Assembly (NCBI GenBank): GCA_963803805.1
Contig: CAWDOD010000010.1
Location: 517,516-581,515, forward strand
Direction of reading: 5' to 3'
DNA: 64,000 nt
Source: an uncultured cyanobacterium
GTDB taxonomy: Bacteria > Cyanobacteriota > Cyanobacteriia > Cyanobacteriales > CAWCAG01
Position numbers and translations under genes: made by a program
Shown: in pieces, positions 30,842 through 41,030 of the stretch
How positions within the stretch are numbered: position 1 is the stretch's first letter
Layout of the letters: every line of letters starts with the position of its first letter
The notes under the pieces: model-generated
Told to the model about the DNA's origin: nothing
Seen by the model: the letters and a program-made list of their open reading frames with translations, nothing else
Databases searched by the model: none

Positions 30842-30962
30842 TTATCAGTTATCAGTTATTAATGATAAATAATCAATGTAAAGGCAACCTGTTTTCTCGG
30901 TAATTTAAGGATAACTATCATTTTGATTGGATTGTCCTCATCAGCAATTCTCAATTAACCCT

Positions 30963-32078
30963 ATGGTAAAAACACAATCCTCAGTAACAACTCAAACATC
31001 TAGTATCGCCGTTGCCCCGGCACAGGTTTTGCGGGGTTGGCAAGGTATATCACAAGCAGGAGAGGCGATCGCGAATTTTGGTAATCGCCCTTTAGTTGTA
31101 GGAGGGGATCACAGTTTAAAAGTTGTGGAAGCTAGCCTACAACCAGTCGTAGAAAAATATAACCTCCAAACTAAACAGGCTTCCTACTCTCCTGATTGTT
31201 CTGAAAACTCCCTCAACACTTTGAAAGCTGCGGTAACTTCTCACCAAGCAGATTTGATCATCGGTGTTGGGGGTGGCAAAGCCTTAGACACAGCTAAACT
31301 TCTTGCTAAAGAGACAAATCTCCCCATTATCACTATTCCCACCTCGGCAGCCACCTGTGCTGCTTGGACAGCCCTTGCTAATATCTATTCGGATCAGGGG
31401 GCTTTCCAATATGATGTTCCTTTAAATAATTGTCCCCAATTATTAATTCTCGATTACGAGTTAATCAAAACTGCCCCTCAACGTACCTTAATCGCCGGAA
31501 TTGGCGATGCTTTAGCCAAATGGTATGAATCTTCCGTTAGTAGCGGTAACTCTTCTACCACCTTAATTATCGCCGCAGTTCAACAAGCAAGAATTCTCAG
31601 GGACATTCTCTTCCAAAAATCTGTAACTGCTTTAGAAACTCCCGGTAGTGAAGAATGGCAAGAAGTGGTTGATGCCACTATCTTACTAGCAGGAGTAATC
31701 GGTGGTTTAGGAGGGGCGCAATGCCGTACAGTGGCTGCCCACGCTATTCATAACGGCTTAACCCATATCCCCGCAGCACACGAAGCCTTACACGGGGAAA
31801 AAGTTGCCTACGGTATTTTAGTTCAACTTCGTCTAGAAGAAATGCTCCAAGGCAACCAATTAGCAGTTTCCGCCCGACAGCAACTATTAAAGTTTTACCA
31901 AGAAATTGGCTTACCTACTAGCTTAGAAGCTTTAGGTTTAGGTAATGCCACCTTAGCCCAATTACGCCAAGCCGCAGAAATAGCCTGTTATCCTAATTCT
32001 GATCTACATCATCTCCCTTTTTCTGTGTCGCCTGAACAATTACTAGCAGCTATGGTTTCCACCTTGGTAAGTTCCTAA
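30963..32078 (+). CDS. Iron-containing alcohol/glycerol dehydrogenase family protein
   Basis: GVGGGKALDTAK, PTSAATCA, AGIGDALAK, AHAIHNG, HGEKVAYG. Confidence 0.88.
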   Translation: MVKTQSSVTTQTSSIAVAPAQVLRGWQGISQAGEAIANFGNRPLVVGGDHSLKVVEASLQPVVEKYNLQTKQASYSPDCSENSLNTLKAAVTSHQADLIIGVGGGKALDTAKLLAKETNLPIITIPTSAATCAAWTALANIYSDQGAFQYDVPLNNCPQLLILDYELIKTAPQRTLIAGIGDALAKWYESSVSSGNSSTTLIIAAVQQARILRDILFQKSVTALETPGSEEWQEVVDATILLAGVIGGLGGAQCRTVAAHAIHNGLTHIPAAHEALHGEKVAYGILVQLRLEEMLQGNQLAVSARQQLLKFYQEIGLPTSLEALGLGNATLAQLRQAAEIACYPNSDLHHLPFSVSPEQLLAAMVSTLVSS

Positions 32079-32139
32079 CTAACCGTTAAGTAAGCTTTAG
32101 TATCCATTCAATTCTGCAAAAAGGATTTCCCAAGCTTGG

Positions 32140-33057
32140 TCATTTTTCGACTTTTTTGCAGTCATATCTGTTATAAATTAACAGTTCATTTATCTTACCG
32201 CGCTTTGAACCCACTGCATTAATTGCCCTAGTAGCTTTTACCTCAACAATTTCATACCGTGAATCAGAATAAAGGGATTTAATCAAAGGTGCTGCTGAAT
32301 TGCTAACTAATACTTGAACGCCGCGTTCAGATAATTGATCACAAACTTCTTTAAGCCTAATTTGTTCATCTTCACCAAATCCATTGACACTATAGCCAGT
32401 AAAAGACGAAGTATTAGATATGGGGTGATAGGGAGGATCAAAATAAACGAACGCTCCTTTTCTTGCTGTCGATACAGCGTTAGCAAAATCACCTTCAAGA
32501 ATGCGTACATTTGGTTGATTTAAGTAGGTACTAACTGCCCTGATAACAGCAGAATCTGCTATGGCAGGGTTGGCATAGTTACCATAAGGAACATTGAATT
32601 GACCACTACTATTAACTCTAAATAGCCCATTAAAACAGGTTTTATTAAGGTAAATAATTCTAGCAGCTTTCTCGATTGGAGATTGGTTTTGAAAATCGTC
32701 TTTTCTATCCTGTTCCCGTAAGAAATAATAATGTTCTTTAGAATTTTTGCTTCTATGGTACTGACAAAGAGTAAGCAATTCTTCAGGATTTTCTTTAATA
32801 ACTCGATAACAATTAATTAACTCGCTGTTAGTATCATTAATAACGCTTTTTTTCGGCTGCAAAGAAAATAGAACTGCACCAGCCCCGACAAAAGGTTCAT
32901 AGTATTGAGTATATTTGGTAGGCTGAAATTTCTTAATAACTGGTAGGAGTTGTCTTTTCCCTCCAGCCCATTTCAGAAATGGTTGAGCAAGGGCATTATA
33001 TTGATATGCTTGTTTTCTACCAATACTTTTAGTTGGTGAAATAATATCTTCTTGCAT
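32140..33057 (-). CDS. Dam/DpnM-family DNA adenine methyltransferase (orphan)
   Basis: FLKWAGGK, YYEPFVGAG, FNGLFRVN..G.FNVP, YFDPPY. Confidence 0.92.
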   Translation of the reverse strand: MQEDIISPTKSIGRKQAYQYNALAQPFLKWAGGKRQLLPVIKKFQPTKYTQYYEPFVGAGAVLFSLQPKKSVINDTNSELINCYRVIKENPEELLTLCQYHRSKNSKEHYYFLREQDRKDDFQNQSPIEKAARIIYLNKTCFNGLFRVNSSGQFNVPYGNYANPAIADSAVIRAVSTYLNQPNVRILEGDFANAVSTARKGAFVYFDPPYHPISNTSSFTGYSVNGFGEDEQIRLKEVCDQLSERGVQVLVSNSAAPLIKSLYSDSRYEIVEVKATRAINAVGSKRGKINELLIYNRYDCKKVEK

Positions 33058-33182
33058 TTTTGTTATGTGGCAACTTCCCTGTACATAAATACAAGTGTAC
33101 TATTTAACCGTATTTCCTGTATTTTGATGATGCCTCCTCCAGACTTGAGAATTGCCAAATCAGGGGCAGCAAATTAAGACAA

Positions 33183-34130
33183 CTAATAACCCATCCTCCC
33201 ATTCATCTCTGGAGGGGCGCTTAAACTCATTAAAATTTCTTGCTCTTCTGCCTCTTCATCAATATAAAAAGTCATTTGTACCGGACCATAGCCCTCGCAG
33301 ATACGTTCTTCAATCTCTTCTGCAATAATTCCTGTAACTCCATGAAAATCTGGATGGACAACCAGGTGCATTTTGATATAAATCAAACGCCCGACAATCC
33401 CCCGTGATTGAATTTTATAGCAATGGGTAACACCGTTAACTTGCAAAGCAATTTCTGCCAAAACTTCTGGGGCGATCGCCGTTTGTCTAACGAATAGGGG
33501 TAGTTGCCATTTAATGATTTGCCAAAGATTAATTAGGGTTAAGAAAACTAAAATAACTGGCAAAATTAAATCAATCCAAATTAGTCCCCACCAATTCCCG
33601 AAAAAACCACCGATAACTAATAAGGTAAGAACGCCATCTTTAATAAGTTGAATACCATTAAAACGTAAAGCAGGATTATTTAAGGAACGTCCTTGAAAAA
33701 TACCCAGTATCCCTAATAATAAGTTAACTCCACCGCTCACCCCAATAATTTGCATCAAATGAACACTAACATCAGTCGCAAAAGGAATATCTTTGCTGTA
33801 CCAAGCAGCAATCAATTGCTGAGTGGAAAACCATAACAAAACCGCACTTCCTAGACTAGCAAAAGCTACAGCCAGTAAAGTTAGTACGCTTTCTCTTGTC
33901 CCATGGCCATAAATATGTTTTCCTAGAGGGCGATCGCTACTCGTAATTGCTAGCAGGCTTAACAAAATACTAAAACTAGCGCTTAAAGTATAAAAGCACT
34001 CCGCTAAAACACTCAAAGATGTCGTAACCCACCCAGCCGAAGCTTTGACTGACAAAATAAATAAAATCAGCCAAAGCATGATAACTAAAACCAAACGAAT
34101 TGTTCGGTAGCGTTTCTCTCCTTGGTTCAT
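33183..34130 (-). CDS. Cation diffusion facilitator family transporter (divergent)
   Basis: About 6 TM segments, YGHG.RE motif, C-terminal dimerisation domain. Confidence 0.75.
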   Translation of the reverse strand: MNQGEKRYRTIRLVLVIMLWLILFILSVKASAGWVTTSLSVLAECFYTLSASFSILLSLLAITSSDRPLGKHIYGHGTRESVLTLLAVAFASLGSAVLLWFSTQQLIAAWYSKDIPFATDVSVHLMQIIGVSGGVNLLLGILGIFQGRSLNNPALRFNGIQLIKDGVLTLLVIGGFFGNWWGLIWIDLILPVILVFLTLINLWQIIKWQLPLFVRQTAIAPEVLAEIALQVNGVTHCYKIQSRGIVGRLIYIKMHLVVHPDFHGVTGIIAEEIEERICEGYGPVQMTFYIDEEAEEQEILMSLSAPPEMNGRMGY

Positions 34131-34208
34131 TTCTTTAATTTATGCACCGAATGATGCAATTCTAACCTGCGACCTTCTAGGTAGAACTTAAAAAAGAGAC
34201 TATTTTAT

Positions 34209-34466
34209 TTAGTGATTTGACTCTAACTCAATACTCAAATCAATCATATGACGGACGTAGTTGACGCTAGCAACTACATCTGCTTGATTAATAGGACAAC
34301 CATATCTAGAAAATTTGTCTTTGGGGTGTTGCCACCTTAACCAAAGTTGTCCGTGTACTGTTTTAAGGCGGATGAACCAATTGCGATATTTAGCAGGGAA
34401 TTGCTGAAGACAAGAGCTATCAGCCTTCGATAAGTCTAAATCAGAATAAGATTGAGAAGAAAGCAT
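34209..34466 (-). CDS. Hypothetical protein
   Basis: 85-aa ORF with ATG start filling an intergenic gap. Confidence 0.55.
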   Translation of the reverse strand: MLSSQSYSDLDLSKADSSCLQQFPAKYRNWFIRLKTVHGQLWLRWQHPKDKFSRYGCPINQADVVASVNYVRHMIDLSIELESNH

Positions 34467-34664
34467 TTTAACAGCGTTGTAATTATTGGCATGAGTTATT
34501 TTTATGATTTAACCATCCTGATGACTGCTAAATTCTGTTCTCGAAACTACTTCCTGATTATTTTTGCCAGAGAAAACTGCTTGTATTTTCAATATTAATA
34601 ATTCTTATACCACAACTATATTAGAATCAGCAATAACTTAGTTGCTAGACCAAACTTTCTTCCC

Positions 34665-35474
34665 GTGCCAAAACAGAGACTCGATACCTTACTCGTAGAC
34701 CTCAAACTTTGTACTTCCAGACAAAAAGCTCAAAGACTTATCCGTGCCGGGGAAGTCAAGGTTAATCAACAGCTAGTTGATAAACCAGGGACAGAAGTTA
34801 ATACCGCCGCAAATATTGAACTTAAAAAAAAGCCTCCCTATGTATCTAGGGGGGGAGAAAAATTAGCCAAAGCTTTAGAAGAATTTGAGATTAATGTCAA
34901 AGATCGTCTTTGTTTAGATGGGGGAATTTCTACTGGGGGGTTTTCTGATTGCTTGTTGAAAAAAGGGGCTGCACGTATTTATGGTGTTGATGTTGGTTAT
35001 GGACAAGTAGCGTGGAGTTTACGCCAAGACGAGCGTTTATTTTTAAAAGAAAGAACAAACCTACGTCACCTTACCTACTCCCAATTGTATGGTTCTGAAC
35101 CTCCTGCTGATTTAGGAGTTGTGGATATATCTTTTATCTCCTTGACAAAAGTTCTTGTCCCTCTCAGTAACTTATTAGTTGCTCCCAAAGAACTTGTTTT
35201 ATTAGTTAAACCTCAATTTGAAGTTGGGCGATCGCGGGTAGGAAAAAAAGGTGTAGTGCGTGATCCCCAAGCCCAAGCCGAAGCCATTTGGCAAATTCTC
35301 CAAGCTGCCCAACAACTAAATTGGCAATACCAGGGGCTAACTTGGTCGCCTATTACTGGCCCAGCAGGCAATAGAGAATATTTACTCTGGCTAAGTCTTC
35401 ATCCTTCTGACCATATTCCCAATTTAGATGAAGTCAAGGATTTGACAGTTTCATCGGCTACTGATTTGATGTGA
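34665..35474 (+). CDS. tlyA: TlyA-family rRNA 2'-O-methyltransferase
   Basis: S4 domain KQRLD; YVSRGGEKL; D.G.STGGF.D; LVKPQFE; SPITG..GN.EY. Confidence 0.93.
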   Translation: MPKQRLDTLLVDLKLCTSRQKAQRLIRAGEVKVNQQLVDKPGTEVNTAANIELKKKPPYVSRGGEKLAKALEEFEINVKDRLCLDGGISTGGFSDCLLKKGAARIYGVDVGYGQVAWSLRQDERLFLKERTNLRHLTYSQLYGSEPPADLGVVDISFISLTKVLVPLSNLLVAPKELVLLVKPQFEVGRSRVGKKGVVRDPQAQAEAIWQILQAAQQLNWQYQGLTWSPITGPAGNREYLLWLSLHPSDHIPNLDEVKDLTVSSATDLM

Positions 35475-35801
35475 TTAGAAATTAACTAATCTTAGGGAAG
35501 CTAAAAAACAGCGATTTTTTCAAATAACTAATTTTCTCCATCTTGACAAGCAAGAAATATACTATTAGGGTATCGACATTTCATGAGTCAATTCGGGGAA
35601 TACTCGTGTATACTGTTAAATCATTTTTATTTGGAGTGAAAGAAGAGAGGCGTTACCAAATTTGACATTAAGATCTACATCTCTAATGTCAGCGATTTGT
35701 ATAACTCTTAATTCTTCCGCCGGAAAAAATTCCCACTTATTTGATGTCAGGCAATCTAGTTTCCCCGTTAGAATTATTAAAGTTATGAGGTAGAGCTAAC
35801 T

Positions 35802-36398
35802 GTGAACACAATCTTCACAAAGCTACGAGATTTCGTAGGTCTAAATGAAGCAGACGAATACGAATATTACGAAGAAGACATGGAAAACGGCGATTATCAA
35901 AATCTTTATCAAGAAGAGCCTCAGACCGTAGCTGAGGAAGAACAGCAAAATCGCAGGCGCACTCGCGAACGTACAACAGCAACAGCAGAGGCAGGTATGG
36001 GAGCAGCAACAAGAAGTAATGTAATTGGTATGCCCGGTGCAGTCAATGGTTTAACAGAAGTTGTGGTGATCGAACCCCGCTCCTTTGAAGAAATGCCCCA
36101 GGTTATTCAAAGCTTGCGGGAACGTAAGTCTGTCGTTCTAAATTTGACGATTATGGACCCAGATGAAGCCCAAAGAGCAGTAGATTTTGTTGCTGGGGGA
36201 ACCTACGCCATTGATGGCCATCAAGAACGTATTGGCGAAAGTATCTTCCTCTTCACACCTAGCTGTGTACAGGTAAGTACAAACTCTGGTGTAGTCCATG
36301 AAGCTCCTCAAGTACCCACTAGACCTGCTAGCGTACCTTCTCGCCCCACCGCACCAACTCCAGCTTGGGCAACAGAAGCTAGCCGTATGGCCCAATAA
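35802..36398 (+). CDS. sepF: Cell division protein SepF
   Basis: [28 protein letters not shown]. Confidence 0.95.
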   Translation: MNTIFTKLRDFVGLNEADEYEYYEEDMENGDYQNLYQEEPQTVAEEEQQNRRRTRERTTATAEAGMGAATRSNVIGMPGAVNGLTEVVVIEPRSFEEMPQVIQSLRERKSVVLNLTIMDPDEAQRAVDFVAGGTYAIDGHQERIGESIFLFTPSCVQVSTNSGVVHEAPQVPTRPASVPSRPTAPTPAWATEASRMAQ

Positions 36399-36429
36399 AT
36401 TAGCGTCGGAGAGAGGGATAATTTAGACA

Positions 36430-37287
36430 TTGACCCTCTCCAAGGTTAAAGAACTAATCACCAACACTAAATTAAAGGTGTCTAATAAGTTAAGTATGAT
36501 TGGAGGCGGGGTTATGGGGGAAGCTATCCTATCCCGTCTCATAGGTAAAAAAATTTATCCTCCCCACGCCGTTTTGGTTAGCGAACCCCAACCACAGCGG
36601 CGCGATTTTTTGCAGAAGACTTATCAAGTTCAAGTGACTAGTGATAACTCTGAAGCGATGGCAGCTTCAGAAACTATTTTATTAGCAATAAAACCTCAAG
36701 TCTTAAACAAGGTCATAGCAGAAATGGGGGAGATAGGCAGTTACCTAGCTCAAGAAACCCTCATAATTTCTATTTTGGCAGGAGTTCCCTTAACTAGGTT
36801 AGAAGCCACCTTTAAAAGCCAGCCAGTTATTAGAGCTATGCCAAATACTCCGGCAACTGTGGGGGCGGCTATAACAGCGATCACCCCAGGAAAAAAAGTT
36901 CGACCTCAACACTTAGAAATAGCTAAAAAGATTTTTGCCGCAGTAGGGCAAGTTATAGAAGTACCAGAAAACCTTATGGATGCGGTAACAGGACTTTCTG
37001 GATCAGGGCCGGCTTACGTCGCTATCATGATTGAAGCTTTGGCAGATGGGGGAGTAGCCGCCGGTTTACCAAGGATGATCGCTTCCCAACTTGCCTTACA
37101 AACTGTTTTGGGTACAGCCCAGTTAATCAAAGAATCTCAATTACACCCTGCTCAACTTAAAGATCAAGTTACTAGTCCAGGGGGAACTACTATTGCTGCG
37201 GTGGCTCAGTTAGAAAAAGCTGGTTTTCGTTCGGCCCTTATTGAAGCAGTCAAAGCTGCTTACCAGCGCTCTCAAGAATTAGGATAA
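36430..37287 (+). CDS. proC: Pyrroline-5-carboxylate reductase (true start may be GTG at 36478)
   Basis: IGGG.MG, LAIKPQ, RAMPNTP, GLSGSGPAY, VTSPGGTT. Confidence 0.96.
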   Translation: MTLSKVKELITNTKLKVSNKLSMIGGGVMGEAILSRLIGKKIYPPHAVLVSEPQPQRRDFLQKTYQVQVTSDNSEAMAASETILLAIKPQVLNKVIAEMGEIGSYLAQETLIISILAGVPLTRLEATFKSQPVIRAMPNTPATVGAAITAITPGKKVRPQHLEIAKKIFAAVGQVIEVPENLMDAVTGLSGSGPAYVAIMIEALADGGVAAGLPRMIASQLALQTVLGTAQLIKESQLHPAQLKDQVTSPGGTTIAAVAQLEKAGFRSALIEAVKAAYQRSQELG

Positions 37288-37367
37288 AACAATTTAGCGA
37301 TTAGCAATTAGCCCTTAGCCAATTACTAATCGCTTTTTTACGTACAAGAAGGAATATCCCTCATGTA

Positions 37368-37484
37368 TTATGCGTCACTTTCGATATAAAGGAATAACAT
37401 ACCCATAACCACAGCAGGCATTAACCAGCAAACTACAGGGATAAGAATCCAGGGTAAGAAAGAAGCAGCGTATTCGCCTGTCAT
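37368..37484 (-). CDS. psaI: Photosystem I subunit VIII
   Basis: Below the ORF-track cutoff; manual translation [38 protein letters not shown]. Confidence 0.95.
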   Translation of the reverse strand: MTGEYAASFLPWILIPVVCWLMPAVVMGMLFLYIESDA

Positions 37485-37557
37485 TTCTAATTCTCCTAAT
37501 TTAAAATTATTGACAAAGTTGCAAAAGACTAGGGCAGTCTAATGTAGATAGATATTT

Positions 37558-38049
37558 TCAGTTGAAACTACCGTTGAGAATGCCATTGACGACACCAAAA
37601 TTTTCTAGTAAGAAGTAAGCAACAAATGCTCCTCCCATACCGCCTACAAAGAAACCCGCAGTGAATTGACTCCAACCTTCAGCAGTTTGCATAGGATTGG
37701 CAGCAGCTAATTCTCCACTCTCATCTTCAGTGAAAGCGACAATACCATAGCTAGCTAAGCAAGCAGTGGCAATTAAAATCAAAGCCATCCCGGAAATTAA
37801 GCCACCTAAGTTAGCAAATTCTGAATCTCTCAAAGGACCAAAAATAACCCAAGGACCAATAATAAAATAGCCATGGGCCATGCCAATTTCCAAGCCGCGT
37901 AAAATAGGCGCAAGCCCTTTACGGTAAGCTGGCAAGTTGCCAATAAAAGTCCTTGTGAAATCTGAATCTGAAATTGGTGTTGACAAGTGACCCACTTGGG
38001 GATCGCCATTGTAAGGCTTGATTAGCTCTACATCTCTAGAGTAAGCCAT
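37558..38049 (-). CDS. psaL: Photosystem I subunit XI
   Basis: GHLSTPISDS, NLPAYRKGL, GLEIGMAHGY, GPLRDS. Confidence 0.97.
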   Translation of the reverse strand: MAYSRDVELIKPYNGDPQVGHLSTPISDSDFTRTFIGNLPAYRKGLAPILRGLEIGMAHGYFIIGPWVIFGPLRDSEFANLGGLISGMALILIATACLASYGIVAFTEDESGELAAANPMQTAEGWSQFTAGFFVGGMGGAFVAYFLLENFGVVNGILNGSFN

Positions 38050-38259
38050 TATTTTTTTTCCTCTCTTATTGAAGCTCTAAAGTTTTTAGGAAAACTTTAG
38101 AATACATTTTAAGCAAGGAGTGTTACCAAACGGCAGTATTAGTTATTAGCGTTAGAAAAGTTCATCATTTTTGCTATTGATGAGGTTTCTTTAGTTCATC
38201 ATATGACAATAAGAAATGGCAAAATAATTTTAAACTGTCAAGATGGGGAACACAGATTT

Positions 38260-38979
38260 ATGAACAAGCTCCTAACACAAGTCAATTTAAAGAAAAAATG
38301 GCTGTCCAAATTGCTTATAACTATATTATCTCTGCTTTTACTAACAGGATTGTGGATTACACCAGCCCAAGCCCAAAGTTACGATCTCCCTCAAGTTAGG
38401 GCTGGAGAACAAACTTGGGTGATAGATACAGCGAATCTCCTGAGCCGCAGCAATCGAGGTAAGCTAAGCAAGATACTAGAAAGTTTAGCCAGCGAAACCG
38501 GAAACGAATTTCGCTTAGTAACTGTTCGCCGTCTAGACTACGGCGAAACTATTGAAAGTTTTACTGATAAACTATTTCAGCGTTGGTTTCCCAATTCAGA
38601 AGATCAGGGCAACCAAAGTTTGCTCGCTTTAGACTCTGTAACTAATAATGTTGCTCTTCGTAGTGGTGATACGGCTAAAAAGCTATTAACAGAGGATATA
38701 GCTAGTAGTGTAGTTGCTGAAACCGTTGGTATTCCCTTGAAAGAAGGAAACAAATACAACCAAGCTTTTCTTGATGCTAGCGATCGTGTTGTTGCTGTAC
38801 TATCCGGACAACAAGATCCTGGCCCTCCTCAAGCAAAAGATGAAGTTAACATTGAATCTACCTATGCTACTGCTGAGGAAACCGATGACCGCAGCGCAAC
38901 AATTTGGGTAGTTGGTATGTTAGTTGTAGCAACAATTATCCCGATGGCAACTTATTTTTTCTATCAAAGTGGAGGCTAA
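38260..38979 (+). CDS. psb32: Psb32 (TPM-domain thylakoid lumen protein)
   Basis: Signal peptide ending AQA; VTVRRLDYGET; YNQAFLDA.DR; C-terminal TM A.IIPMATYF. Confidence 0.85.
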   Translation: MNKLLTQVNLKKKWLSKLLITILSLLLLTGLWITPAQAQSYDLPQVRAGEQTWVIDTANLLSRSNRGKLSKILESLASETGNEFRLVTVRRLDYGETIESFTDKLFQRWFPNSEDQGNQSLLALDSVTNNVALRSGDTAKKLLTEDIASSVVAETVGIPLKEGNKYNQAFLDASDRVVAVLSGQQDPGPPQAKDEVNIESTYATAEETDDRSATIWVVGMLVVATIIPMATYFFYQSGG

Positions 38980-39057
38980 TAACAGTCACTCACTACCATC
39001 TACTTTGCCAAACTAAACTTTCTTTTTATTAAGCAAAGGTGTTTTAAATTAGAATGA

Positions 39058-39113
39058 GCAAAAAGAAAACCCCTAGCTAAGCTAGGGGTTTTAGAACATC
39101 AGGGTGCATCTAA
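39058..39113 (-). ncRNA. Candidate NsiR1-like small RNA (5' TAGATGCACCCTGAT plus terminator hairpin)
   Basis: Minus strand TTAGATGCACCCTGATGTTCTAAAACCCCTAGCTTAGCTAGGGGTTTTCTTTT; similarity to NsiR1 is from memory of that sequence. Confidence 0.45.
39066..39092. terminator. Perfect 12-bp hairpin, likely a bidirectional terminator
   Basis: AAAACCCCTAGC-TAA-GCTAGGGGTTTT. Confidence 0.8.
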
Positions 39114-39387
39114 TAATGCTTTACTTCTAGATTGTTTTTTCTTTTCAGGATTAAATAAAACACCGCGACTGCGCTCACCAATAGAGAATCCCACAATTTC
39201 CCTAGAAGAACTTAAAGAGATTGGGTATTGATGAAATAGCAGTAGTTAAAGGGCAAGGTAATTATTATGTAGTCTTAGTAGACTTAGACAAAAGAATCAT
39301 AGTTAGGAATAGTAGAGAGTTGAAGTAGAACCCAATTTTTTCTTTATTTCCCCTCAAAAGAAAAGGAGAGATTTTAAACCAAATTTA

Positions 39388-40899
39388 TCAATTATCAATT
39401 ATCAATTGCTCATTAATAACCGCTTTACCCCGTTGATAAAGTTGACTTGCATAATCAGTCCAAGCCCCTTGACCCCAATAGCGAAAACAGCTAGTTTCTA
39501 GTAAGAGGTTGTATAACAAAGCTTCTTGATAATCAGGCTGTTTGGTTACGTTAGGATCTTGTTGCACTAAGGGATCATATTTTTGGTGGAACAAAGCACT
39601 CAATTTGTTCATCGGTTCTAAGACATTTTCGTAACCCTTCACCCAACTTAAATCATTTGTCCAAGAAGCACCGTCGGTATGGAATTGATGGTCATTTGTT
39701 TGTAAATATTTAATTGCTGTAGCTACTTTTTCCGGTGTAGCTTGAGCTTGATCTACTTGTTGCCAAATTTTGTGCTGCCCTACCGCTTGGCAAGTCGGAT
39801 AATCTTCTGGTTTGATTCCTGCCTGGGTGAGTAATTCTAAATATTCTGTACCATTAATTCCCACAACACCAGCTTGGGCATTTTCCTTAATGTTGTACCA
39901 AACCGGCGAAAAATCTCTCGGAAATTCGTTCATCATCACACCACCATTTTCACCGTCAGCAATTTGCGTTACGCAACTAGGAATAGTTCTGCTACCAATT
40001 TTTTGCCTGTCTCGGCTTTTGGCTTCGTGATATGGTTGCATTTGAGCCACTAATTTAGTATCAGAACCTTGGGTTTTAATCAAGGCAGTAATGCTAATGA
40101 TTTCTCCTTGGGAGTTGCAAGCGACTAAACGGTTAGGAATATATTTGTCATCATGGTGAAGGGATGAACCATCTAACCTTTCTAGAGAATGTTCTTGCAC
40201 CATTAACCAACGATAACCACATTCTTTTAGGGCTTTGATATATTCATAAAGGGTGTCGGGGTGGTTGGGTAAACCCATTTCTGGAGGAGAAAAACCTTTC
40301 ACTCTGGCTAAAGCTTCATAACCAAAAATAGCTGCGAAGTAATGTTGCCAAGCTTGAATATGAAGTTTGAGATCAGGAATCGGTGTAGAAGGGACTACAG
40401 CATGACTCCACATCGTTCCCAACCATTCTACGTAGGGTTGGTATTGGCGATCGCAGGTTATACGTTTAAGTTTATTGATGACATCATCTCGTCCCATTTG
40501 TTGCAAACCCCACAAGAGATTGCCAGAATAATCCAACATGATGCGAGGGTTGCACCCGTTGTTAACTAATTCGGGAATAAAATCTCCCATGCGCCCATAA
40601 CACCAAGCAAAGGCTTCAGCATTGTGATTATCCCCTTGATCCTGATGTTCAAACATATACTGGAGGTTATTAATTAGTGAGCCATTTGCTCCAGCAGGAA
40701 CCGTAGGTTGGTGCATATGTAAGGCGCAGGCAAACCCCGCTTTTATGTCTTCCCAATGTAGGTTTGTAGTTGGCAAAAATACAGGTTCGTGATGATTTAC
40801 TATTGCCGTAATTTGTTTTTCATAACCGCAAATGTTGGGTAAACCTGATTTTAAGGGATTGAGATTAGGGAGATGAGAAGATTGTGCTGTGGCGATCAT
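39388..40899 (-). CDS. Glycoside hydrolase family 57-like protein
   Basis: ALHMHQP motif, GFSPPE, ADGENGG. Confidence 0.8.
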   Translation of the reverse strand: MIATAQSSHLPNLNPLKSGLPNICGYEKQITAIVNHHEPVFLPTTNLHWEDIKAGFACALHMHQPTVPAGANGSLINNLQYMFEHQDQGDNHNAEAFAWCYGRMGDFIPELVNNGCNPRIMLDYSGNLLWGLQQMGRDDVINKLKRITCDRQYQPYVEWLGTMWSHAVVPSTPIPDLKLHIQAWQHYFAAIFGYEALARVKGFSPPEMGLPNHPDTLYEYIKALKECGYRWLMVQEHSLERLDGSSLHHDDKYIPNRLVACNSQGEIISITALIKTQGSDTKLVAQMQPYHEAKSRDRQKIGSRTIPSCVTQIADGENGGVMMNEFPRDFSPVWYNIKENAQAGVVGINGTEYLELLTQAGIKPEDYPTCQAVGQHKIWQQVDQAQATPEKVATAIKYLQTNDHQFHTDGASWTNDLSWVKGYENVLEPMNKLSALFHQKYDPLVQQDPNVTKQPDYQEALLYNLLLETSCFRYWGQGAWTDYASQLYQRGKAVINEQLIIDN

Positions 40900-41030
40900 A
40901 GTTTTTTGATCAGAATGAGTTTTTATTAGAGCTTATGTAGAGGGTTTGACATTTGTCACTAAACATTTATCATTTATCATGTAAATTCTAGTTTATAACC
41001 AAAGCAAGCAGATTCTCTAGCAATTACTTA

